Shown here: positions 12,111 through 25,404 of the stretch, piece by piece
Numbering within the stretch: position 1 is the stretch's first letter
Layout: every line of letters begins with the position of its first letter
Notes under the pieces: model-generated
What the model saw: only the letters and a program-made list of their open reading frames with translations
Told to the model about the DNA's origin: nothing
The model's database searches: none
Program-made: the position numbers and the translations under genes
From: Mobula hypostoma
Lineage: Eukaryota
Assembly (NCBI RefSeq): GCF_963921235.1
Contig: NC_086118.1
Coordinates: 13,022,001 to 13,086,000, forward strand
Reading direction: 5' to 3'
Length of the DNA: 64,000 bases

Positions 12111-12917
12111 AGTTCATCTTCATTGTATGAGGTCTGTCCAATTGTCTCAATGAAATGGGTTAGAAGCAAAATTCACACTGAATGATATTCCTCCAACTAT
12201 TTAAAATGATTTCAAATTTTCAGATTTGGGAGAGGGAATTAGATGGAGTCAAGAGTTCCAAAATTACAGGGCTGGTGACACGTGCACATTGGATGGATTA
12301 GTTGTCTTGCCTGCTCTAGAGTATCTTCTCTGAAATAAAAGCAGATCGACTTAAAACACTCAGCAGTCAGTCAGCATCTTCAGAAAGAGAATAATGTTTC
12401 AGATTTGATGAAAGGTTATCCAATCTCAAGTGGACAGAGGGGGTCCTACAAAATGAACACCCTTTGATCAAGCCAGAACCTCCCAACTGAACAACTGGAT
12501 CCAGTAATGTGGAAGAGTCTCTTCAGCTGGTGCTTTCAGTTCCTAAAGATACACCTACACTTGTAGAGACTGAACTAGGATACACATGGTCAGTCCAAAA
12601 GCAAGATGACGCACTCCACATTTTACAACAGGAAGCACGTACTGCAGATGTCATCTATATCAACCATTCCTTACATAAGTACATAAGGGTAGTCGAACAA
12701 AATTCAGAATATCATGTTACAGCATCTTGGGAATGTAGGAATTTTGGGGAATTTTTAAAGGCTTTGTTATGTTCGCAATGCACAGGTTCAACTGCAGCCA
12801 GTTTTGCTCACTATCTGAGCCAGATGTAAAGACAAAGATATGATCATTGTCTAGAGAGACTAAAAAGCTAAGGAGTGGGTGGTGCTGGTGAATCTGAAAT
12901 ATGTAAATGATCTAATA

Positions 12918-14000
12918 ATTGGAATTGGTTTATTATTGTCAACATACTGAGGTACAGTGAAAATCTTGTCCTGCACATTACTCCACTACATAGATATGAA
13001 ATCATTATTAGATTAGATTATGAGGATACGCAGTCTTCTTTTATTGTCATTCAGTAATGCATACGTTAAGAAATGATACAATGTTCCTCCAGTGTGATAT
13101 CACAGAAACACAAGACAGACCAAGGCTGAAAAACTGACAAAAACCACATAATTATAACATATGGTTACAACAGTGCAAACAATACCGTAATTTGATGAAG
13201 AACAGACCATGGACATGGTAAAAAAAAATCTCACAGTCTCTCGAAAGTCCCACCATCTCACGCAGACAGGAGAAGGAAGAAAGCTCTCCCTGCCATGAAC
13301 TTCCAGTGCCGCAAACTTGCCGACGCAGCATCCTGGAAGCACCCGACCACAGTCCGACTCCGAGTCCATCCAAAACTTCGAGCCTCCGACCAGCCCTCCG
13401 ACACCGAGCACCGAGCACCATCCCTGCCGAGCACTTCAACTCCAGCCTTGGCCTTCAGCAACAGGCAAAGCTGACGATTTGGGACCTTCCCCTCCGGAGA
13501 TTCTCGATCACACAGTAGCAGCGGCAGCGAACCGGGCATTTCAGAAGTTTCTCCAGATGTTCTTCCGTGCTTGTCACGTCTGTCTCCATCAATTCAGAAT
13601 TGTGCACGGCATCCTACTTACAAATACGATATCATTCACCAGAAAGGCCACGCGCGCTGCATCGCACCACGATCTTCTCCTCCCTCCCACTGCGTTATGC
13701 ACTACATTAAGGCAGTACGAGGTAAAACAATAACAGAATGAAGAATAAGGTGCAACAGCTACAGTGAGCATGCATTGCATGTCAAGAACTACGAGGCAGA
13801 ACCATAATGGGATAGATTGTGAGGTCCAGAGTTCATCTTATCATACTGAGGAACCATTCAATAGTCTTGTTACTGTGGTGCCAAGACTATTGAAGCTTTT
13901 CCTGAAGTGTTGAGTGCTTTCAGTTTTTTTGTATCTTTTGCCCTATGGGAGAAGAGAGAAGAGAGAATACCTGGGGTTGGAGGAGTCCTAATCTAAGGTG
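12918..14000 (-). mobile_element. Rex1/L2-type 3' fragment interrupted at 13008-13688
   Basis: aattggtttattattgtca..tacagtgaaa; homologous to 63370-63808. Confidence 0.55.
13008..13688 (-). mobile_element. Second copy of the AAGATGGC-headed non-autonomous retroposon
   Basis: Reverse complement aligns end to end with 9575-10220; (ATCTA)n tail. Confidence 0.8.
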
Positions 14001-17000
14001 GAGCAGAAGTACCTCAGACATCCTGGTCAATATTTGTCCCTTAATGAATATTATTAAAATAGAACAGATTATTTAATTCTTTTCACATTGGAGTGTTAAT
14101 ATTGCTCCTGTCTCATTGTAGCAGTGACCACACCTCAAGGTATACTGCAAGGCACTTTTGGGATGTTCAGAGAGGGACAAGCAAGAGGATATACAAGTGC
14201 AAGTTTGAAGGCCACAATCCTGGAGTCTTACAACATGTAAAAATTCTCTTAGGCCCACTGAGTCTATACCAACCATCAGGACTCTTTCATCTCTTTCCCT
14301 TGCAGTGTGTGGCTGAAAGAAGCAGCAAGGTTTGCTGGAGATTAGCGGAGTTTAAGGTTAGCAGGAGGAAACTGACAAAAAGACAGGTGCTTCCAATAGT
14401 TGTAGAAGACCTGCTGACACATCAACACAAGTTTATATTAAAGTGAGGGGAACCTGGACCATTTTAATTCATGGCCATTGTAATTTAGACTTCTTGTCCT
14501 TTCAGTTTGTAAAATGCTAAAATTGCTCAGGTGATGTTTATAGTTCAACATAGCACAGAAGTTAGAGCTAACAAATTCAACAGGGTGTAAATGTCAAATA
14601 TCTCTCACAGTGTGTTGCTAGCGATGGCCTTTTCTGCAAGGCAAAGTTAAATGAGGCCTTGTTCACAGCAACATGAGAGCCTATCGCAGAAGAAAAGCAT
14701 AACATGTTTTTGCAAACAAATTACCAGCCAACCTGACATTAGCATTCAATTAGTAACTGGGATCCACGGGGAGAAATACTTCTTCCAATTCCAAATGATA
14801 GTGTGTACAATAATTGCTACTTTCACGAAGCATTTGAAGAATTCAAACAAATAATGGATTTTTTTTCTCTCAAAGGTCAAATAAAGACCCACTTGATTCA
14901 ACCAGAAATGAAATGCTGTCTTGCCTCTCCATTGTATAAATGACAATACAGAACAACTATCATACAGCAAGAATTCAAAAAGAGGAAATGAGAAATGCCA
15001 AAAATGAGGCGCAAGGAGAAAGATTAGACTTGAAAGCAGAAAGTGAAGCAGAGACGCTAAGAAGCTCCACAGGTTGACGGAAAGATGACCAGCTAGTGAC
15101 TGGGAGAGCATGAACACTCTATGGTTTAAGAATGAAACAGCTGGAGGGGAGGTCAAGAGGAAATATGAAAACTGAAATTGCTAGTAATTATTGGGTCAGT
15201 GTATTATAAGGCAGGAAACCAAAGGTTAATAGAGTTATGGTACATCTTGCCTGTGATCTAATTGAATAATGGAACAGGGCTTGAGGAAATGAATGGCTCT
15301 TTGCTCTGTCTATGTATTAAAGTCTCACTCTCAATCAGTAAATGGCAATGATAGCTAACAACAACAGCAGGCAAGTAAGTGAGATCTTGACTGTGTGACC
15401 TACACACTCGGCAGAGCTACAGTCAGATGAGCAGAATTCACTTCAGGCCCTAACACTGGAATTATTTATCATTATTTTTTAGAGAATGTTTGAAGGGAAG
15501 AAAAGTTTGATTTTTTATCTGCTTCTGAGGCACTTTGAAAAAAGCTGTAAGAAATAAATATTGGACAGGCACGAATAAATCCAATACACGTACATGATTG
15601 GTTGTTGGGCCTGCAGGAATCAGTCTTTGTTCCTCTCCATGCTCAACGCATAATGAGAAAAGGGGGTTAAAATTAATCATGATCCAAGCAGGAAATTCCT
15701 ATTGGCTGTTGGCTCATATATTATTGAGCTAATCGATAGGATTTGAAACTTTAATCACTTTCCTGTATGATTTTGAGGTGAGAAGCACAGTCACAGAGTC
15801 TGAGAGAAATGCAGCAAACAGGCTCTTGGACCCTGATCATCAAGCACCCAGTTTTATTTCAATCCAAAATTTTTCCACACATTTCCATCAATTTCCCCCA
15901 AGGTTCCATCATGTATCTGTTCTGTTGGAGTAATTTATAACAATTATTCTAACAATTTGCTACTAACCTATATGTTTCTGCAGCTTCTTCATGTTCTACT
16001 GCCTCTTGAATTTCAATGAACAAATCCCCAACCTGTCTTTCTCCAACACTTCAAAACTTTGGAATATGAAGCTCCCTATAATCCTCTCAAGACTCCTTTT
16101 CTGCAATTTTTTGATTTCTGAGTAAGCCGAATCTGTTTTATTTAATCACAGTGATTGGCATGGCATGGGGGCAAAGCAGATGATATCATGGGTGGATTAG
16201 GACTGACAGATGTCCAGAAGAAGGAGTACAAAATGGCACAGGACAAATTCAACGAATATCCCACAAGAATGCAAAATGTAATATATGAGAGGCCAAAGTT
16301 CAACTCAACTCCAGTAAAACAGGAGCCAGAGGAAAGTGTAGATGACTTCATCACAACATTGTATGTCCTGTCAGACAACTGTGCATATGGAGATCTGAGA
16401 GATGAGCACATTAGAGACAGGACTGTTGCCAGGCTACTAGACATCAAATTGTCAGAAGACTTCGGTTGAAGGCAAATGTCACACTAGAGGAAGCTAGTAC
16501 TATGACGAGGCAAAGTGAGAATATTCCTCAGCAACAGGTAGAACTCAGGCATGGAAATGATGCTGAGGTAAAACTAGAAACTGTACAAAAGCAAGGGTAT
16601 AAATGAGGTGCAATCAGAAAGACTCCAGAAAGAGGTGACAGCAGAGCTCAGCTCAAATAAACCAGACAAGCAAAACAAACAGCAGGTAAGATACCCAAAT
16701 GCAGGAGATGTGGCAAGTCTCCATTCCACGTCAAAGAGCTCTGTATAGTAAAATCAGTGAAATGCCACCAATGCATTAGAATTGGCCGTTATAAAAGACC
16801 ATGATTCAGACGAAGACAGAGCTTTCTTTGGGGCTCTAGATTCAAATAGACAAGGCTGATGGACTACAGTTCATTTCCAAAATGAGACAGTGATGTTCAA
16901 AATGGACACTGGGGCAGATGATACAGCCTGAATGTTCATTCACAAAACCGGTGAAGAAAACAGGCATTATGCTAAACTCAACAAGGAAAGCGCTCATGGT

Positions 17001-17396
17001 GCCAGGGATATATAAGCTTAGTATGAAGGGAATGTTTACCACTTCCATCTGTAAAAATGAGAAACTGTTAAAGGAGGATGTCTATGTTGGTCAGAATCTC
17101 TTCTCACCACTACTGGGACAACATGCTATTAAGAAGCTGAACCTCATTTCAAGGTTGGATTGGCTAAACAATGATCAGTGGCAGGAGAAGTACCCAGAGT
17201 TATTCACAGGCCAGGAGTGACGCCCTACCCTCTGACCACAGTGAGGTGAATACCAGTCCCACTGATGAACAAAGTCAAAGCTAAACCTGAGAGAAAGGAG
17301 GCACTTGACATCACAACCAGAGTGAATGGACCAACTGACTGGTGTGCAAGCATTGTTCCTGTCACCAAGCCCAGATGTCACAGTGAAGATCTGTAT

Positions 17397-18353
17397 TAGA
17401 ACATAGAACATAGAAACCTACAACACATTACAGGCCCTTCAGCCCACAATGTTGCACCAGCTATTTAACCTACTCTAGAAGCTGCCTAGAATTTCCCTGC
17501 CGTACAGACCTCTAAGCTCCATGTACCTATCTAAGAGTCTCTTAAAAGACCCCATTGTATCCCCCTCTACCACCACCACTGGCAGTACATTCCATGCACC
17601 CACCACTCTCTGTGTGATAAATTTGCCTCTGACATCCCCCCTGTACCTACTTCCAAGCAGTTTAAAATTATGCCCCCTCACATTAGCCATTTCAACCCTG
17701 GGAAAAAGCCTCTGGCTATCCACACAATCAATGCCTCTCTTCATCTTATACACCTCTATCAGGTCACCTTTCATCCTCCATCGCTCCCAGGAGAAAAGGC
17801 CAAATTCACTAACCTATTCTCATAAGGTATGGTCTCCAATCCAGGCAACAAGCTTGTAAATCTCCTCTGCACTCTCTCTATTGTATCCACATCCATCCTG
17901 TAGTGAGGTGACCAGAACCGAACATAGTACTCCAAGTGGGGTCTGACTAAGGTCTTATATAGCTGTAACATTACCTCATGGCTCTTGAACTCAATCCCAC
18001 AGATGATGAAGGCCAACACACCATATGCCTTCTTAACAATACTGTCAACCTGCGCAGCAGCTTTGTGTGTCCAATGGATATGAGCCCCAAGATCTTCCTG
18101 ATCCTCAAACACTGCCTAGAGCCTTACCATTAATATTATATTCTGTCTTCCAATTTGACCTGCCATAATGAACCACTTCACATTCACCTGGGTTGAACTC
18201 CATATGCCACTTCTCAGCCTAGTTCTGCAACCTATCGATGTCCCGCTGTAACCTCTGACAATCCTCCAGACTGTCCACAATACCCCAAACTTTTGTGTCA
18301 TCAGCAAACCTATTAACCCAGCCATCTCCTTCCTTATCCAAGTCATTTATAAA
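17397..18353 (-). mobile_element. 5'-truncated CR1 inserted in the Gypsy RT
   Basis: LYKTLVRPHLEY and ITQRVVGAWN remnants; (TTCTATG)n tail at about 17400. Confidence 0.9.
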
Positions 18354-18953
18354 ATGTGTTGATCTAACAAAATTGAATGATGCAGGAGAAGTTTATTCTG
18401 CCCTCTGTTGATCAAACATTGGGTGTACTGGGCGGAGCAAAGTTATTCACCAAACTGCAGATTTAGGGTTCTGGCAAATCTGTTTCACTTCTGAGTAACA
18501 GAGGCTAACAACATCTATCACATCATATGGAAGCTATGCCTACAAGAGACTCCCTGCTGCCATCTCATCAGCCCATGATCTCTTTCAGATGAGGATGAAT
18601 CAAATTTTGGAGAGGCTGGAAGGCATAGTCTGTCACTCATCTTCAGAGATTCAAGTGAGTAACTGACAAAAATCTGGAAGGTGCCTTGGACAAACAAACA
18701 GGCTGGAATCTCCTGAACAAAAATTAATAGAAATTTGCAAGTTTGGAAGTGGATTCCTCAGAAGGATTGCAACCAGACTGAGGCAAACTGGCAGGAGTTT
18801 GGACGGTAGAGCAACCTTTGAACGTATTGGAGATCCACAGCTTCCTTAGCATGGTAAACCAATTCAGCAGAGAAAACAAAGCCAATGCATGAGAAATGTT
18901 TGGAGCTGGATCGTGATACAGGACAAGTCATTCTCACCACTAGAGCTCATATA

Positions 18954-19960
18954 GACCTTTTCAGAATGGCAGGCGGTGACTAGTGGGGTACCGCAAGGCT
19001 CAGTGCTGGGACCCCAGTTGTTTACAATATATATTGATGACTTGGATGAGGGAATTAAATGCAGCATCTCCAAGTTTGCAGATGACACGAAGCTGGATGA
19101 CTTGGATAGGTTGGGTGAGTGGGCAATTTCATGGCAGATGCAATTTAATGTGGATAAATGTGAAGTTATCCATTTTGGTGGCAAAAATAGGAAAACAGAT
19201 TATTATCTGAATGGTGGCCGATTAGGAAAAGGGGAGGTGCAACGAGACCTGGGTGTCATTATACACCAGTCATTGAAAGTGGGCATGCAGGTACAGCAGG
19301 CGGTGAAAAAGGCGAATGGTATGCTGGCATTTATAGCGAGAGGATTCGAGTACAGGAGCAGGGAGGTACTACTGCAGTTGTACAAGGCCTTGGTGAGACC
19401 ACACCTGGAGTATTGTGTGCAGTTTTGGTCCACTAATCTGAGGAAAGACATCCTTGCCATAGAGGGAGTACAAAGAAGGTTCACCAGATTGATTCCTGGG
19501 ATGGCAGGACTTTCATATGAAGAAAGACTGGATGAACTGGGCTTGTACTCGTTGGAATTTAGAAGATTGAGGGGGGATCTGATTGAAACGTATAAAATCC
19601 TAAAGGGATTGGACAGGCTAGATGCAGGAAGATTGTTCCCAATGTTTGGGAAGTCCAGAATGAGGGGCCACAGTTTGAGGATAGAAGGGAGGCCTTTTAG
19701 GACCGAGATTAGGAAAAACTTCTTCACACAGAGAGTGGTGAATCTGTGGAATTCTCTGCCACAGGAAACAGTTGAGGCCAGTTCATTGGCTATGTTTAAG
19801 AGGGAGTTAGATATGGCCCTTGTGGCTACGGGGGTCAGGGTGTATGGAGGGAAGGCTGGTGCTGGGTTCTGAGTTGGATGATCAGCCATGATCACAATAA
19901 GTGGCGGTGCAGGCTCGAAGGGCCGAATGGCCTACTCCTGCACCTATTTTCTATGTTTCT
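18954..19960 (+). mobile_element. 5'-truncated CR1, same subfamily as 2947-7230, inserted in the Gypsy RT/RH linker
   Basis: Near-identical to 6164-7212 apart from a 42-bp deletion; possible TSD ATATA at 18949-18953 and 19961-19965. Confidence 0.95.
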
Positions 19961-20084
19961 ATATATCCACAAACATTGGTATTCTTCGATTCAAACAAAG
20001 CAACTGAGGTGTCAGCAGATGCCTCTTCCTTTTTCCCGGGGAGTGGTCATGCAGTACTGCAGTGGTGTATGGAAATCAGTGGCA

Positions 20085-20315
20085 TATCACTGTGTGAACT
20101 CACTTTTGGGAACTTCAGTTATAAACATTTTTTTAAAAATTTTATTGTTCTCATGTTTCTTTCTTTTTTTTTCTTTATGCACATTCAGTGTTTGATGGTC
20201 TTTTGTTTTAATGAGTTCTTTTGGGTTTCATTGTAGTTTCCTCTAAGAAGATGAATCTCAAGCTGTATAAAGTATACATACCTTGATAATAAATGTACTT
20301 TGATTTTGACTTTGA
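20085..20315 (+). mobile_element. Rex1/L2-type 3' tail fragment inserted in the Gypsy RNase H
   Basis: gatgaatctcaagctgtata..ttgataataaatgtac followed by (tttgac)-like repeats. Confidence 0.55.
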
Positions 20316-20846
20316 AGAATACTGACTCTTACTGGACAGTGTTATGCCCAAATGGAAAAAAAGACACTGGCACTCATGAGGGCTTGTGAACACTTTGGCT
20401 GCTACTCCATAGGCAAAAATCCTCCTTAAAATTGATCACAAGCCACTTGTCAGCCTCCTCAGCTTGAAACACTTGGACGACTTACCTCCATGTCTGCAAA
20501 GATTCAGAATGAGGCTTATGCAATATTGTTATAACATTAAACATGTCCCCGACAAACCTTACAATACTTCAGACTCTCTGCTGAGGATGCCATGCAAAAG
20601 TGAGTGGATGGAAGCTGACTCTACCCTCATGGAAGATACCAACATCTACTTAGCTCAGGTACGTGAAAACTTCCAGGCATCATAAAGTAAACTGGATGAA
20701 ATATTCACTGAGTTGACAACGGACCAAATCTGCAGCAAGGTCATGCCACACTGTGAGCGTGGATGGCCAGCTGTTCCAACAGATGCTCATGAACTCAGAC
20801 CTTACTGGCTTGAAAGAGACACACTCACCATTCTTGATGGTTTGCT

Positions 20847-21950
20847 GTGAAGTGCTCCAGACTCATCATTCCTTCTTCTTTGCACACCCAAATCATCAGT
20901 CAAATCGTCCAAGGACATCAGGGCATCAAAAAATGTCACTTAAGATCAAGGCAATTGATGTGGTGGCCTGATCTGAGCACACATTTAGGAGATCATGTGA
21001 AATATGCAGAAGACCGCACAAAAATCATGCTGAACCTCTGTCCTACAGAATTCCCAGGCATTCCGAGGCAAATTGTAGGCACAGAAATTTTCAAGCTGAA
21101 AACAGACAAATATCTTCTCCCTGTGGATTACTACTCACAAAATGCTGAGGTATCCAAGCTGTCCTCTACATCCTCAGCAGCAGTTATACAGCACTTAACA
21201 GCTGTATTCACTCACCATGGAACACGAGAGACATTTGCGTCAGACAACGGTCCACAACTAAGCTGCTCAGAAATCAAAGTCTTCAAAATCTTCAAAGAGT
21301 TCAAACATCAGAGAAGCAGTCCATGGTACCCACAGGCAAATGGAGAAGTGGAAAGAGCAGTGAATACTGTTGAGAGTCTCCTACTGAAGGCAAAAGACCC
21401 ATACAAGGCACTGGTAGCTTATCATGTTACATCTCTTGCGAATGGCTACAGTCCACCAGAGATGTCAATGGGCCGGAGACTGAACATAAGCCTACCCATT
21501 CTTCCTTCCCTTCTCCAACCTCACTTACCGGACTTAGACAAAGTGAGAAGTTTTGAAATAATGCCACATGAGAAAATAAAGAGCATGCATGATCTCAGAC
21601 ACAGAGCAAAATCTTTGACACTGCTCAGGAGTGGTGAAGCTATCTGGCTTTCAGGCCGATTCACCATGAGGACAATAGTCTGGCAGCATGCACTACGATC
21701 GTTTGTGATCAGAGCACCACAATGTGAAATCATGCAGAACAAACGTGCACTCGTGTGTGCAAAGTCCACGAAAAGTAGAGGAAGAAATAGTGTCCTGACA
21801 TTTATGGCAAGGACCACATACCTGAGGTGGATGCACCTGTTTAAGAATCTCCATGTGCATCAACACTTCCAGGAACCTATAGCAGACCATGTTTCTTATC
21901 TGTCCCATCACAGAGGTATACTTCATAGACTAATAGCTTACGGCAAGTGA
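20847..21950 (+). pseudogene. pol: Gypsy integrase remnant
   Basis: Degenerate H2C2 region and rve-type core (VDYYS, SDNGPQ, NGEVERAV). Confidence 0.8.
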
Positions 21951-22263
21951 CTGAAGAGGCAGAATAATCCTCTCACTTTGCCGGACCTACATGACCTGCA
22001 TCAGATCTAGTGTTTTTTTTTAAAAGGTGTTCTAATGTTGAAAACATTTCACAAAATGAGACTTTTCTGCAAGAAAAATGAGGAAAACAAAGGGAGAGAA
22101 TGACCTTTAAAACAAAGGGAAGAACAGTTGGCAATTCATTTTTTAAGTTTATGTCAGGATCATAAGTTAGATGGGCAAAGTGAACTGAATTGATCAATTT
22201 CAGTAATTATGATTTCAATGCAGTTCTATAGACAGAAGTGCATACTTAGCTTTTCTTTCTTTC

Positions 22264-22418
22264 GAGAAGGGGAGATGTTGTGGTAGTTAATGATAGTATT
22301 CCTATACCACTCAGTTAACCAACCCCACATGGGAAGAGAGCATACACTGTAGAAGCAGAGTATCAATAATGTTCTGCATGCTGGCCTCCTGGTGGGTGCC
22401 TTGCACTCTTCCTCAATA
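22264..22418 (+). repeat. Polypurine tract and putative short 3' LTR of the Mag-like element (last bases possibly at 30394-30400)
   Basis: GAGAAGGGGAGA immediately followed by TGTTG at 22276; CAGAACA follows the far end of the inserted CR1. Confidence 0.55.
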
Positions 22419-24435
22419 TAGAAACCATAGAAACTACAGCACAGAAACAGGCCTTTTGGCCCTTCTTGGCTGTGCCGAACCATTTTCTGCCTAGTCCCAC
22501 TGACCTGCACACGGACCATATCCCTCCATACACCTCCCATCCATGTATCTGTCCAATTTATTCTTAAATGTTAAAAAAGAACCCGCATTTACCACCTCAA
22601 CTGGCAGCTCATTCCATACTCCCACCACTCTCTGTGTGAAGAAGCCCCCCCTAATGTTCCCTTTAAACTTTTCCTCCCTCACCCTTAACCCATGTCCTCT
22701 GTTTTTTTACTCCCCTTGCCTCAGTGGAAAAAGCCTGCTTGCATTCACTCTATCTATACCCATCATAATTTTATATACCTCTGTCAAGTCTCCCCTCATT
22801 CTTCTACGCTCCAGGGAATAAAGTCCTAACCTATTCAACCTTTCTCTGTAACTGAGTTTCTCAAGTCCTGGCAACATCCTTGTAAACCTTCTCTGCATGC
22901 TTTCAACCTTATTAATATCCTTCCTGTAATTTGGTGACCAAAACTGAACACAATACTCCAGATTTGGCCTCACCAATGCAACCTCATCATAGCATTCCAG
23001 CTCTTATACTCAATACTTTGATTAATAAAGGCCAATGTACCAAAAGCTTTCTTTACGACCCTATCTACCTGTGACGCCACTTTTAAGGAATTTTGTATCT
23101 GTATTCCCAGATCCCTCTGTTCTACTGCACTCCTCAGTGCCTTACCATTAACCCTGTATGTTCTACCTTGGTTTGTCCTTCCAACGTGCAATACCTCACA
23201 CTTGTCTGTATTAAACTCCATCTGCCATCTTTCAGCCCATTTTTCCAGCTGGTCCAAGTCCCTCTGCAGGCTCTGAAAACCTTCCTCACTGTCTACTACA
23301 CCTCCAATCTTTGTATCATCAGCAAATTTGCTGATCCAATTTACCACATTATCATCCAGATCATTGATATAGATGACAAATAACAATGGACCCAGCACTG
23401 ATCCCTGTGGCACACCACTAGTCACAGGCCTCCACTCAGAGAAGCAATTCTCTATCACCACTCTCTGGCTTCTTCCATTGAGCCAATGTCTAATCCAATT
23501 TACCACCTCTCCATGTATACCTAACGACTGAATTTTCCTAACTAACCTCCCATGCGGGACCTTGTCAAAGGCCTTACTGAAATCCATGTAGACAATATCC
23601 ACTGCATTCCCTTCATCCACTTTCCTGGTAACCTCCTCGAAAAACTCCAATAGATTGGTCAAACATGAACTACCACGCACAAAGCCATGTTGACTCTCCC
23701 TAATAAGTCCCTGTCTATCCAAATGCTTGTAGATTCTGTCTCTTAGTACTCCCTCCAATAACTTACCTACTACCGATGTTAAACTTACCGACCTATAATT
23801 TCCTGGATTACTTTTCGATCCTTTTTTAAACAACGGAACAACATGAGCCACTCTCCAATCCTCTGGCACCTCACCCATAGTCAGCGACTTTTAAAATATT
23901 TCTGCCAGGGCCCCCGCAATTTCAACAGTAGTCTCCTTCAAGGTCCAAGGGAACACCCTGTCAGGTCCCAGGGATTTATCTGCTTTAATTTTCCTCAAGA
24001 CAGCAAGCACCTCCTCCTTTTCAATCTGTACAGTTTCCATGATCTCACTACTTGATTCCCTTAATTCCATAGACTTCATGCCAGTTTCCTTAGTAAATAC
24101 AGACGCAAAAAACCTATCTAAGATCTCCCCCATTTCCTTTGGTTCTGCACATAGCAGACCACTCTGATCTTCAAGAGGACCAATTTTATCTCTTACAATC
24201 CTTTTGCTCTTAATATACCTGTAAAAGCTCTTTGGATTATCCTTCACTTTGACTGCCAAGGCAACCTCATGTCTTCTTTTAGCCCTCCTGATTTCTTTCT
24301 TAAGTATTTTCTTGCACTTCTTATACTCCTCAAGCACCTGATTTACTCCCTGTTTCCTATACATTTCATACAACTCCCTCTTCTTCTTTATCAGAGTTGT
24401 AATATCCCTTGAGAACCAAGGTTCCTTATTCCTAT

Positions 24436-25287
24436 TGTTATGTACCCCGTAACTGGGTTGCCAAACCAGCAGAAATGGATCACTCAGTTGGAGTCTGTAT
24501 TACTAGAACTAAGAAAGTTTTATTAAAGAAACAAACAACACAGTACTCTAATCAAAAGGATAATAAATGCAACAGTTCAGCAATGATAAACACACATGTA
24601 CACAGAATTAAGATAACAGGATCAATCAAGCTCTATTGTTGTCTAGGGGTAAATGACCAGTTTCAAAGTGACGCAAAGTTCAGTTCAATTTAGTTCAGTT
24701 CAGTTCGCAGACAGTGGAGGGAAAGAGAGAGAGAGCAAAATGAATGAATATTCAAGGCTTCCACACAGACCTTCGCAGTCAGCTTTCGGGCGAGTCCTTT
24801 GTGATGTCATCTGAGGTCACCGACCGTGACCCCTCCGTTTCCAGATACGATCGTTTCTCTGCAGTGAACCCAGCACCCAGGCAAGGGTGGACACACACCA
24901 GGTTCCCGCTGATTGTGCCTTTCCACCCTGAGCGTCTATGGCTTGATCCCGCGATCAGCCATTCAAGAACTTCCCACCGACTTGTGAGAGATGCACCGCT
25001 TCCAGGGTCTCGTTACCTCGGGTGTCGTGTGTGTGTCTTGCCTTAGCGAACCTGTCCCTTTTTATCCCCCTGCTGGGGTATCGCCTGTCCATCACTTCAA
25101 ACAATTCGGGGTTCAAAGGGGGAGCTGATCTTGACAGCTCTCCTTCCCCTTCATTAACATCTCCAAATGCTGTTCCATTGATTTCCTTATCTCTCTCTCT
25201 CCTGAAGACAGGTGGCAGACCAACTGCTGATCACACTGGTGCCAGCACAGGACAGCTACATCTTAATCTATGTGTATTCTTGTCACA
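24436..25287 (-). repeat. 3' LTR of the Gmr1-like element
   Basis: Direct repeat of 28513-29364; preceded on the minus strand by PPT AAAGGGAGGAAG (25288-25299). Confidence 0.95.
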
Positions 25288-25404
25288 CTTCCTCCCTTTA
25301 AGGATTTTTACCGGGGTAAAAATGACAAACATGAGTACATTATTTGATATACACAAATATACATCTTTATCAGCTATTTGGCTAATACAGCGAATTTGAA
25401 GTTG

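Larger units (their letters stand above)
16150..22418 (+). mobile_element. Decayed Ty3/Gypsy (Mag-like) LTR retrotransposon, order gag-PR-RT-RH-IN; 5' LTR not found
   Basis: Gag ERPKFN..ESVDDFITTLY..CAYGDLRDEHIRDR; knuckle CRRCGK; protease FKMDTGAD; RT VKIC|VDLTKLN; RNase H VSADASS and DHKPL; integrase GHQGI, VDYYS, SDNGPQ and PQANGEVERAV. Three nested inserts. Confidence 0.88.

Noticed and set aside
12509..12829. 106-aa ORF as a host exon (likewise 14746-15156 and 61902-62210)
   Set aside because: No recognisable domain or supported splice structure.
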